A DNA stretch of 64,000 nucleotides from Pseudomonadota bacterium. Lineage in GTDB: Bacteria; Pseudomonadota; Gammaproteobacteria; Xanthomonadales; Ahniellaceae. Below are positions 56,716 to 64,000 of this stretch, piece after piece. The translations under genes were made by a program, and so were the position numbers. Under the pieces are notes generated by a model. It searched no databases. It was not told where the DNA came from and saw nothing but the letters and a program-made list of their open reading frames with translations. The stretch spans positions 38-64,037 of the forward strand of contig JANOEA010000377.1 of the NCBI GenBank assembly GCA_031412975.1. Direction: 5' to 3'. Positions within the stretch are counted from its first letter, which is position 1. Every line of letters starts with the position of its first letter.

Positions 56716-57123
56716 ATGTCACTGATTTCCACCCCCGTGTCGTTCGGCGAGCTGATCGACAAGATCACCATCCTCGAGATCAAGTCCGAGCGCATCGCCG
56801 ATCCGGCCAAGCTGGACAATGTGCGCCGTGAGCTCGAACTGCTGCGCGACACTTGGCGTGCGCATCCGGCGTCGCAGATCGACATCGCGAGCCTGCAGGC
56901 GTCGCTCAAGCAGGTCAACCAGCGCCTGTGGGTCATCGAAGACGATATCCGCATCCATGAGCAGCGCCAGCAGTTCGATGCGATGTTCATCAAGCTGGCC
57001 CGTTCCGTGTATTTCGAGAACGACGAGCGCGCCGCGCTCAAGCGGCAGATCAACCAACAGCTCGGCTCGACCCTGGTCGAGGAAAAGTCCTACCAGGACT
57101 ACGGCAGCGCGCGCCCGGCCTGA
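56716..57123 (+). CDS. Conserved hypothetical helical protein (135 aa)
   Basis: Internal ATG (MSLISTPVSFGELIDKITILEIK...) of ORF 56533..57123. Good codon bias. Its 3' end overlaps the convergent GT9 gene by 25 nt. Confidence 0.65.
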   Translation: MSLISTPVSFGELIDKITILEIKSERIADPAKLDNVRRELELLRDTWRAHPASQIDIASLQASLKQVNQRLWVIEDDIRIHEQRQQFDAMFIKLARSVYFENDERAALKRQINQQLGSTLVEEKSYQDYGSARPA

Positions 57124-58157
57124 GTCGCGGCGAGCAGCGCATCGAGCCGCTCGATCACCGCCTCGGTTTCGATCAGCGCCATCACCTGCGGATATTCCAG
57201 CTTGGTGCCCCACGGCAGCGCCGCCGCCGGTTTTCCGCGGAACCGCCGCGCGGCGGCGTCGTAGCGATCGACGCACCACTTTCGCGACGAGTACGGTCCG
57301 CTGCGCGCCGGATTGCTGGCTGCATGCAGCCCGATCACCGGCGCCCCCATCGCGTTGGCCATGTGCATCGGCCCGGAATCCGGGGTGATCACCGCGACCG
57401 CGCGGGAAGCCAGCGCAAGGAACTGCTTGAGCGTGTCCTTGCCGACCAGATCCAGCGCGGGCTGGCGCATCGCAGCGAGGATCGCATCGGTGGTGTGTCG
57501 TTCCAGCGCACTGCGGCCGCCACAGATCGCGACCCGCAGGCCGTGCCGCACGACGGCATGGTCGGCCACGGCGGCGTAGCGTTCTGGCAGCCAGTTGCGC
57601 AGCGGATGGCTCGCGCAGGGGCTCAGCAGCAGGGTCGGCTGGTCGCCGGGCAACAGTTGTGTCGCCACCGCCGCATCCTGTTCGGGCACCGGTATTTCCC
57701 AGCGGACCGTCGACTGGCGCAGGCCCAGCGGTTCGCAGAAGCTGCCGATCGCGTCGAGCACATGCGTGCCGCTGCACGCGGGGATGCGTTCGCCGACGAA
57801 CAAGCCGTGCAGGTCCTTCGAGCGCGCGTGGTCGTAGCCGATCCGCCGTTGCGCGCGCACCAGCGCCGACAGCAGGTTCGCGCGCAGCGCGACCTGGCAT
57901 TGCAACAGCACGTCGAAGCGGCGACCGCGCAGCTGGGCGGCCAGCGCGCGGAGTCCGGCGACCCCGGCACCTTTGTCGAACACCAGGAACTCGACGCCCG
58001 GCAAATCGCCGACCAGCCGGGCCTCCAGCTTGCCGATGATCCAGGTGATCGCTGCCTTCGGGTACGCGTCGCGCAAGGTGTGCACCAGCGGCACCACGTG
58101 GGTCGCGTCGCCCAATGCGGACAGCCGGAGGATGCAGATCGAGCGTGGTGCGTGCAT
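57099..58157 (-). CDS. Glycosyltransferase family 9 (LPS heptosyltransferase-like)
   Basis: ILRLSALGDATHVVPLV N-terminus and the TPDSGPMHMANAMGAPVIGL C-terminal motif. ATG at 58157. Confidence 0.85.
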   Translation of the reverse strand: MHAPRSICILRLSALGDATHVVPLVHTLRDAYPKAAITWIIGKLEARLVGDLPGVEFLVFDKGAGVAGLRALAAQLRGRRFDVLLQCQVALRANLLSALVRAQRRIGYDHARSKDLHGLFVGERIPACSGTHVLDAIGSFCEPLGLRQSTVRWEIPVPEQDAAVATQLLPGDQPTLLLSPCASHPLRNWLPERYAAVADHAVVRHGLRVAICGGRSALERHTTDAILAAMRQPALDLVGKDTLKQFLALASRAVAVITPDSGPMHMANAMGAPVIGLHAASNPARSGPYSSRKWCVDRYDAAARRFRGKPAAALPWGTKLEYPQVMALIETEAVIERLDALLAATQAGRALP

Positions 58158-58395
58158 GGGGTGCCGGATCGGTGACGGGAATCGGAATGGCCTGCGCGTG
58201 CACGACCGTCGCAAGCTATCCCGACCCGCGGATTAGGTTCTAAACTGCCGCCATGGACATTCACGGTGCAGCATCGGACTTTAGCGGAGAATCCACGGCG
58301 CAGCGCCGCCTGTCGGGCCGCGCCCGCATCGCGGGCGCGCCACCCGTGCTCGCATCGCTTCAACGTCCGTATTGGCAGGCGAGGACCGATTGGCG

Positions 58396-59130
58396 ATGCG
58401 GTGCAACCCGCAAGTGAAGCGCCTGGCGGACGGCGCGGCCATGTTCGACGCCGAGCGGCTGCCCGCTGGACCTGAACCCTGCTGGTTCGATCCCGATTGG
58501 TGGCGCGCGCGCGGACCGGTGAGCAGTCCCGCCGGAGGGCGGGGCTCGGCGCTCCTCGTCCACACGCCCGCAGGTGCCGCGGTCCTGCGCCACTACCGTC
58601 GCGGTGGCTTGATGGCGCGGGTGAATCCGGATCGCTACCTGTGGCAGGGCGAAGATCGCACCCGGCCGTTCCGGGAATTCGGCTTGCTCGGCGCGATGCT
58701 CGGCGAAGGCCTGCCGGTGCCCGCGCCGCTGGCAGCGCGCTATGTCCGCAGCGGTCCGTGGTATCGCGCCGATCTGCTCACGCAGGCGATCGATGATGCA
58801 CAAACCCTCGCGCAGCAACTTGGCAGCGCGCCCTCGCAGGTCGACTGGGCGCTGATCGGCGCGACCATCGGCCGCTTCCATCAGCGCGGGTTTTTCCATG
58901 CCGACCTCAACGCGCACAACGTGCTGCTGCGCGGAACGTTTTGCCACCTGATCGATTTCGATCGCGGCGAACGGCGCGCGCCCGCGCTGGCGTGGCAGCA
59001 AGCCAACCTGGCGCGCTTGCGGCGTTCGCTGGACAAGTTGTCGGCAGGCGAGTTGCTGCCGGGCTTCGATCGCGAAGGTTGGCCGGCGCTGCGGCGCGCG
59101 CATGCGCAGGTCGTGGAGCGCGGGGCATGA
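58396..59130 (+). CDS. kdkA: 3-deoxy-D-manno-octulosonic acid (Kdo) kinase
   Basis: LRHYRRGG and HADLNAHNVLL...LIDFDRG kinase signature. Alternative TTG start at 58372. Confidence 0.8.
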   Translation: MRCNPQVKRLADGAAMFDAERLPAGPEPCWFDPDWWRARGPVSSPAGGRGSALLVHTPAGAAVLRHYRRGGLMARVNPDRYLWQGEDRTRPFREFGLLGAMLGEGLPVPAPLAARYVRSGPWYRADLLTQAIDDAQTLAQQLGSAPSQVDWALIGATIGRFHQRGFFHADLNAHNVLLRGTFCHLIDFDRGERRAPALAWQQANLARLRRSLDKLSAGELLPGFDREGWPALRRAHAQVVERGA

Positions 59131-59888
59131 GCCTGCATCTGGTATTCCTCGGCGTCGGCAGCGCGCAGGCCGTGGAGCTTGGCTCGTCGAACGCGGTCAT
59201 CGAACGCGACGACGCGCCGCTGCTGATGATCGACTGCGGGCCGGAGGGGCTGACCGCGTTCCTCGATCGCTACGGCTGTACGCCGGACGCGCTGTTCATC
59301 ACCCACGCGCACATGGACCATGTCGGCGGCCTCGAGCGGCTGTTTTATCGGGTGTATTTCGACCCCGAGCGCCGCGGCCGGGTACGCCTGTACGTACCGA
59401 TCGGCGTGATCGGCGTGTTGCACGACCGTCTGGCGACCTACCCGAATGCGATCGCCGAGGGCAGCGGCAACTTCTGGGATGCGTTCCAGCTGGTGCCGGT
59501 GCTGCGCGGGTTCTGGCACGCGGGACTGTGGTTCGACACCTTTGCGGTACGCCATCATTCGCCAGGCTCGGCATTCGCCATTGGACTGCGCAACGCACTG
59601 GTGTGGACCGGCGACACCCGTCCGATCCCCGAGTTGCTCTCGCACTACGGCAGCGGACGCGAGCTGATCGCCCACGACTGCGGGCTGCACGGCAATCCCT
59701 CGCATACCGGCATCGACGAGATCGAGCGCGAGTATCCGCATGCGCTGCGCGAGCGCATGGTGCTCTACCACTACGGCTCGCTCGCCGATGGCGCGGCGCT
59801 GCGCGCGCGCGCTCAGCGGGTCGCGTCGATGGGCGAGCGTTTCGCGCTCGGCGACTACGAGCCGGCGGCGGATGCGGGTCGTGGCTGA
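59127..59888 (+). CDS. MBL-fold metallo-hydrolase
   Basis: THAHMDHVGG metal-binding motif. ATGA overlap with the kdkA stop. Confidence 0.8.
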   Translation: MSLHLVFLGVGSAQAVELGSSNAVIERDDAPLLMIDCGPEGLTAFLDRYGCTPDALFITHAHMDHVGGLERLFYRVYFDPERRGRVRLYVPIGVIGVLHDRLATYPNAIAEGSGNFWDAFQLVPVLRGFWHAGLWFDTFAVRHHSPGSAFAIGLRNALVWTGDTRPIPELLSHYGSGRELIAHDCGLHGNPSHTGIDEIEREYPHALRERMVLYHYGSLADGAALRARAQRVASMGERFALGDYEPAADAGRG

Positions 59889-60930
59889 GCCGATTGCGCT
59901 GCACCGGGTCGAGGATTCACCACCCGTGGACCGGCTCGGCCGGCGCCTCGGGGACCTGCGCATATCGGTGCTCGACCGCTGCAATTTCCGCTGCCCCTAC
60001 TGCATGCCGGAGGAGGACTATCCGCGCGATCGCGGGTTCCTCGACGCAGCGCAGCGCTTGAGTCCGGCGGAAATCGAAAGCGTGGCGCGTGCATTCGTCG
60101 CGCTCGGCGTCGACAAGCTGCGCCTGACCGGCGGCGAGCCGCTGCTGCGCCGCGATCTGGCGCAGATCGTCGAGCGCCTCGCGCGCATCGAGGGCGTGCG
60201 CGACCTCGCCTTGACCACCAATGGCAGCCTGCTCGAATCGCAGGCCGCCACGCTGCGCGCCGCGGGCTTGCGCAGGATCACGATCAGCCTCGATACGCTC
60301 GATCCACAGCGCTTCGCGCGCCTGAGCGGCGGCCGTGGCGACCTCGATGCGGTACTTCGCGGCATCGCCGCGGCCGAGCGCGCGGGGCTGGCTCCGCTGA
60401 AGATCAACGCAGTGATCCTGCGCGGCGACAACGAGGCCGACGTGCTGCCGCTGGTCGAGCGCTTCCGCGCGAGCGGCCATGTGCTGCGCTTCATCGAGTA
60501 CATGGACGTGGGTACCTGCAATCGTTGGGATCATTCGCGCGTGGTGGGCAGTGCCGAACTGGTCGCGCGGATCAGTGCGCGCTGGCCGATGCATGCGCTG
60601 GATCGTGCCTACCGCGGCGAGGTCGCCGCGCGCTGGGCGTTCGACGACGGCGCCGGCGAGCTCGGATTCGTGTCCTCGGTCAGCAGCCCGTTCTGCGGCG
60701 ATTGCCACCGCGCGCGCCTGTCGGCCGACGGCAAGCTGTTCACCTGCCTGTTCGCGACCCGGGGAGCCGACCTGCGCGGACCGCTGCGGGCAGGCGAAGC
60801 GGGTATCGCGCTGCAGGCGCGGATCGCGAAGCTGTGGCGGGCCCGCGTCGATCGCTACTCCGAACAGCGCGCGGCGCTGGCGAGCGCGGAAGCGCCCGGG
60901 CGGATCGAAATGTTCCAGATCGGTGGCTGA
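59872..60930 (+). CDS. moaA: GTP 3',8-cyclase MoaA (radical SAM)
   Basis: [10 protein letters not shown] radical-SAM cluster motif, C-terminal [13 protein letters not shown] cluster, and a terminal GG. Start ATG 59872 (or GTG 59881). Confidence 0.9.
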   Translation: MRVVAEPIALHRVEDSPPVDRLGRRLGDLRISVLDRCNFRCPYCMPEEDYPRDRGFLDAAQRLSPAEIESVARAFVALGVDKLRLTGGEPLLRRDLAQIVERLARIEGVRDLALTTNGSLLESQAATLRAAGLRRITISLDTLDPQRFARLSGGRGDLDAVLRGIAAAERAGLAPLKINAVILRGDNEADVLPLVERFRASGHVLRFIEYMDVGTCNRWDHSRVVGSAELVARISARWPMHALDRAYRGEVAARWAFDDGAGELGFVSSVSSPFCGDCHRARLSADGKLFTCLFATRGADLRGPLRAGEAGIALQARIAKLWRARVDRYSEQRAALASAEAPGRIEMFQIGG

Positions 60931-60934
60931 ACCC

Positions 60935-61447
60935 ATGGTAGTACGCAAAGGCGAATCGAAGCCCAAGCCCGCGCTGTCGCACCTCGATGCAGCGGGCCGT
61001 CCACGCATGGTCGACGTCTCCGCCAAGCGCGTAACTCTGCGCGTGGCGCAGGCACAGTGTCTGGTGGTGCTGCCGTCGGCCGCGGCCGCGGCATTGCGCG
61101 ACGGTGGCCTGCGCACGCGCAAGGGTCCGGTGTTCGATACCGCGATCGTCGCCGGCACCATGGCGGTCAAGCGTACCCATGAGCTGATTCCGTTCTGTCA
61201 TCCGCTCGCGCTGGAGTCGTGCGAATTCAGCGTCGACTTCGAGGGGCCATGCACGATCGCGATTCGCTGCCGGGTCGCCGTGCGTGGTCGCACCGGGGTG
61301 GAGATGGAGGCGCTGACCGGCGCGACGGTGGCTGCCTTGACGGTGTACGACATGTGCAAGGCGCTGTCGCATCGGATCGTGATCGGCCCCGCGCGCCTGC
61401 TGGAAAAGCGCGGCGGTCGCAGCGGATCTTGGAGTGCAGGCGCATGA
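60935..61447 (+). CDS. moaC: Cyclic pyranopterin monophosphate synthase MoaC
   Basis: [21 protein letters not shown] and [10 protein letters not shown] motifs. Confidence 0.9.
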   Translation: MVVRKGESKPKPALSHLDAAGRPRMVDVSAKRVTLRVAQAQCLVVLPSAAAAALRDGGLRTRKGPVFDTAIVAGTMAVKRTHELIPFCHPLALESCEFSVDFEGPCTIAIRCRVAVRGRTGVEMEALTGATVAALTVYDMCKALSHRIVIGPARLLEKRGGRSGSWSAGA

Positions 61448-61680
61448 GCGTCACCGTGCGCTACTTCGCGAGCCTGCGCGACCAGGCACGGTGCGAGTCC
61501 GAACAGGTCCTCGCGCAGGGTGATGTGGCAGCGCTGTACGAGGCGCTGCGCGCACGCCATGGCTTCAGCCTGCCGCGCGAGCGCCTGCGGGTCGCCCGCA
61601 ACGGCGAGTTCGCCGGCTGGGACAGCACGCTGGTCGATGGCGACGAGATCGTGTTCATCCCGCCGGTATCGGGGGGCTGA
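61444..61680 (+). CDS. moaD: Molybdopterin synthase sulfur carrier subunit MoaD
   Basis: 78 aa with a ubiquitin-like fold signature, ending in GG. ATGA overlap with moaC. Confidence 0.85.
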   Translation: MSVTVRYFASLRDQARCESEQVLAQGDVAALYEALRARHGFSLPRERLRVARNGEFAGWDSTLVDGDEIVFIPPVSGG

Positions 61681-61681
61681 G

Positions 61682-62092
61682 GTGTTCGCGCTGCAGGTTC
61701 AACCCATTAACGCGCACGCGCTGCGCGCCGCACTCGCGCACGACAGCGCCGGCGCGGTGGTGGTGTTCGAAGGCGTGGTGCGCGACCACAACCAGGGTCG
61801 CAGCGTGCGTGGTCTTCGCTATGAAGCTTACACAGAGCTCGCGCTACGCGAAGGCGAGCGGATCGTCGACGCGGCGCGGCGGCGCCATCCGGTCGACGCG
61901 CTGATCTGCGTGCATCGGGTCGGCACGCTGCGCGTGGGCGAGCTCGCCGTGTGGGTCGGTGTGGCGGCCGCGCATCGGGATGCGGCATTCGCAGCGTGCC
62001 GCGAGGTGATCGACGCGGTAAAGTCGCAGGTGCCGATCTGGAAGCACGAAGACTACGCCGACGGCGCCGGCGAATGGTTGCATCCCGCGTGA
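61682..62092 (+). CDS. moaE: Molybdopterin synthase catalytic subunit MoaE
   Basis: GTG start 1 nt after the moaD stop. GAVVVFEGVVRD...YEAY...HRVG...APIWKHE-like motifs. Confidence 0.85.
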   Translation: MFALQVQPINAHALRAALAHDSAGAVVVFEGVVRDHNQGRSVRGLRYEAYTELALREGERIVDAARRRHPVDALICVHRVGTLRVGELAVWVGVAAAHRDAAFAACREVIDAVKSQVPIWKHEDYADGAGEWLHPA

Positions 62093-62517
62093 GCAATCGG
62101 GCGCAGCAACTGGCGCATGTGGCGCTGCTGGTGCGCGACTACGACGAGGCGATCGCATGGTTCACCGGCACGCTGGGTTTCCTGCTCGTGCAGGACACCG
62201 ATCTCGGCGGCGGCAAGCGCTGGGTGCTGGTCAAGCCGCGCGGTGCGGGTGCGGCTGCATTGCTGCTCGCGCGCGCGGTCGGTCCGCGGTAGCAGGCGCG
62301 GATCGGCGATCAGGCCGGCGGCCGCGTGTTCCTGTTCCTGCACACCGATGATTTCTGGCGCGACTATCGGGCGATGCTGGCCGCGGGCGTGCGATTCGCG
62401 GAAGCCCCGCGCGAAGAGCCCTATGCCACGGTGGTGGTATTCGAGGATCTGTACGGCAACCGCTGGGACCTGCTGCAAGCGCGTGATGCTGCTGTAGCCA
62501 CTGGGCCAGCGGTCTGA
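62089..62517 (+). pseudogene. VOC/glyoxalase-fold protein interrupted by an in-frame TAG (62290..62292)
   Basis: ORFs 61951..62292 and 62326..62517 are in the same frame. The sequence reads continuously as LAHVALLVRDYDEAIAWF...LLLARAVGPR*QARIGDQAGGRVFLFLHTDDFW...DLYGNRWDLLQ. Confidence 0.75.
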
Positions 62518-62997
62518 ACTTGCTTGACCCGCAAGGGGTCATCCATGCCTCGAGCACTTCGAAAAGCACGGCGCACTGGGGGCTGCGCACTACCGGCCCG
62601 GCCTGCGCGCAACGCCCACGGTGGTTGCGGGGGCACCGCCGGGCAGGACGCCCGACGGCGAACCCCAAAGACGACACGATGCGGCGACGACAGCGCAGGA
62701 ATGCGCTCGGCCCGCAGTCGGGAATGGGTGCGAAACGGCCGCAAACAGCGCGCCGGCGCGACCCTGCAAGGCCGAAAACCCACCCGCAGGCAGCCGATCG
62801 GCCCCCAAAGCAGCGCTTGTGAGGCGGACGCCTGGCCGGCAGACTGCCCAGAAAGGGCGTTTGAACTTCCTATACCCTGCTGTTCCAGGGCCAATCGCCC
62901 GGGTCCTTGACGATCCGCGCCCGGATGTGGCCGACCTGCGGGCTTGCGCGCCTGGTCATGCGAGCAGTGTAGAATTCGTACTCTCAGGAGAACGACC

Positions 62998-63204
62998 ATT
63001 GAAATCGTCTTCAGGGTGCAACAAGTAGCCGACGGTGGTTTTGTTGCCGATTGCCTTACGCACGATATCTTTGCCCAAGCCGATGACTGGCAGGCTTTGC
63101 GCGCACAGGTTCTCGATGCCGTTGGTGCCTATTTCTTCGACCTTGCCAGACCCAACGCGGTAAGCCTGCACCTGGTGCGCGACGAGTTGCTGGCTGTGGC
63201 GTGA
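62998..63204 (+). CDS. Small HicB-family antitoxin-like protein (about 68 aa)
   Basis: IEIVFRVQQVADGGFVADCLTHDIFAQADDWQALRAQVLDAVGAYFFD...VSLHLVRDELLAVA matches the short HicB pattern from memory. AGGAGA lies 7 nt upstream of ATT 62998. The only in-frame canonical start is TTG 62944. Confidence 0.55.
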   Translation: MEIVFRVQQVADGGFVADCLTHDIFAQADDWQALRAQVLDAVGAYFFDLARPNAVSLHLVRDELLAVA

Positions 63205-63299
63205 AGCTCCCCCGCGATTTTTCGGGGGAAGTGCTGACCAAGGCTGGCGTCGCAGGAACGATGGCCGCTGGGGGCAGCGTCTTACGTGTACTTGATTGA
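63201..63299 (+). pseudogene. Truncated or degenerate HicA-like toxin remnant (32 codons)
   Basis: A GTG overlaps the upstream stop (GTGA). It encodes VKLPRDFSGEVLTK, the typical HicA N-terminus (MKLPRDxSGxxL.K), then diverges and stops at 63297..63299. Hand-translated; it is below the ORF-track length cut-off. Confidence 0.45.
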
Positions 63300-63354
63300 G
63301 GCAGTCGCCGCGCCGCGGTGCTGGGGCTCAGGGGTCACGAACAAGGAAACTGCC

Positions 63355-64000
63355 ATGTCTGCGCGTCTGCTTGCGGTGCTGATGCTCGTTGTCAGCAGTA
63401 CTCCACACGCGGCGGTCTGTACCTGGAACGCCGCCAGCGGAAACTGGAACGTCGTCGCCAACTGGAATGGCTGCAGCGATGTGCCGGGCCCTTCGACGCG
63501 GACCCCTAACGCGACCGACACCGCCCTCATCAACACTGGCGTGGTTAGCTTCAACGTGGATGCGACGGTGGCCGAGTTTGAAATCGGTACTGGTGCAGCG
63601 CTCACGCTGACCGGGGGCGCCGAGCGCACGCTCACAGTAAGCAACGCGCTGCGGCTCAACGGCGGTACGTTGTCGACGACGAACAACGTGTCGTTCCCGT
63701 TCCTGCGCGTGGTCCTCGCGGCGGGCGGCGCCGGTCAGGTGCTCGCCAGCAGCGCGCTCACCAATACCGTGGAGCTGGAGAATCGCGGCGTGTTGACGCT
63801 CACGTCGGCGAGCGGCACCGCACTCAATATTCGCGACCTCAGCCGGTTGATCAATGCCGCGGGTTCCACGTTCTCGTTGGGTGGTGGCGATGCGCGTGTG
63901 CATCTCGATGGCCAGGTACCGCTGACGATTGCGGCGGGCGCTGCCATGAACACCTCCGGCAACGTGTTCATCGGCGAGAGCATCGTGGCGCCAGGCACGC
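63355..64000 (+). CDS. Secreted repeat protein, 5' partial (runs off the window); autotransporter/adhesin-passenger-like N-terminus
   Basis: Hand-translated and not in the ORF track because no stop falls in the window. AAGGAA RBS, signal peptide MSARLLAVLMLVVSSTPHAA, then CTWNAASGNWNVVANWNGC and Gly/Thr/Leu-rich beta-strand repeats. No stop through 64000. Confidence 0.7.
   Translation, partial: MSARLLAVLMLVVSSTPHAAVCTWNAASGNWNVVANWNGCSDVPGPSTRTPNATDTALINTGVVSFNVDATVAEFEIGTGAALTLTGGAERTLTVSNALRLNGGTLSTTNNVSFPFLRVVLAAGGAGQVLASSALTNTVELENRGVLTLTSASGTALNIRDLSRLINAAGSTFSLGGGDARVHLDGQVPLTIAAGAAMNTSGNVFIGESIVAPGT

Overview
High-GC (by eye about two-thirds G+C) gammaproteobacterial chromosome segment. 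Gene order and protein sequences look Xanthomonadales/Lysobacterales-like, but this was not searched. Most of the window is densely packed core housekeeping: rpsF-rpsR-rplI, dnaB-alr, radA, ffh, rpsP-rimM-trmD-rplS, htpG, tyrA, mutS, cinA/pncC-recA-recX-alaS-csrA, a tRNA operon, tig-clpP-clpX-lon-hupB, ppiD, fabI, mltD, rnhA-dnaQ, an LPS-core pair (GT9, kdkA) and moaACDE. I call about 60 CDS, 10 tRNAs, several promoters and terminators, one tandem repeat and two decayed genes. No CRISPR array, rRNA, transposase or integrase was seen. Three places look non-routine. (1) 46.6-56.7 kb holds a five-haem periplasmic cytochrome c with a transmembrane Ser/Thr kinase. These converge on a PP2C phosphatase that sits downstream of an Ig-repeat autotransporter, and an exported SEL1/coiled-coil/caspase fusion protein diverges from that autotransporter. 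The block ends at a tRNA-Ser whose 3' end is duplicated 157 bp downstream. (2) Three diverged 102-bp tandem repeats, each with a strong hairpin, lie between tRNA-Lys and tRNA-Leu inside the tRNA operon. (3) From about 62.1 kb there is a decay and composition-shift zone: a VOC gene with an in-frame TAG, 480 bp of non-coding DNA, a HicB-like gene with a truncated HicA, then a lower-GC3 secreted repeat protein that runs off the window. Functional calls come from reading the translated ORFs against remembered family signatures; no database search was run. Many long antisense ORFs in the track are GC-driven shadow ORFs and were rejected.
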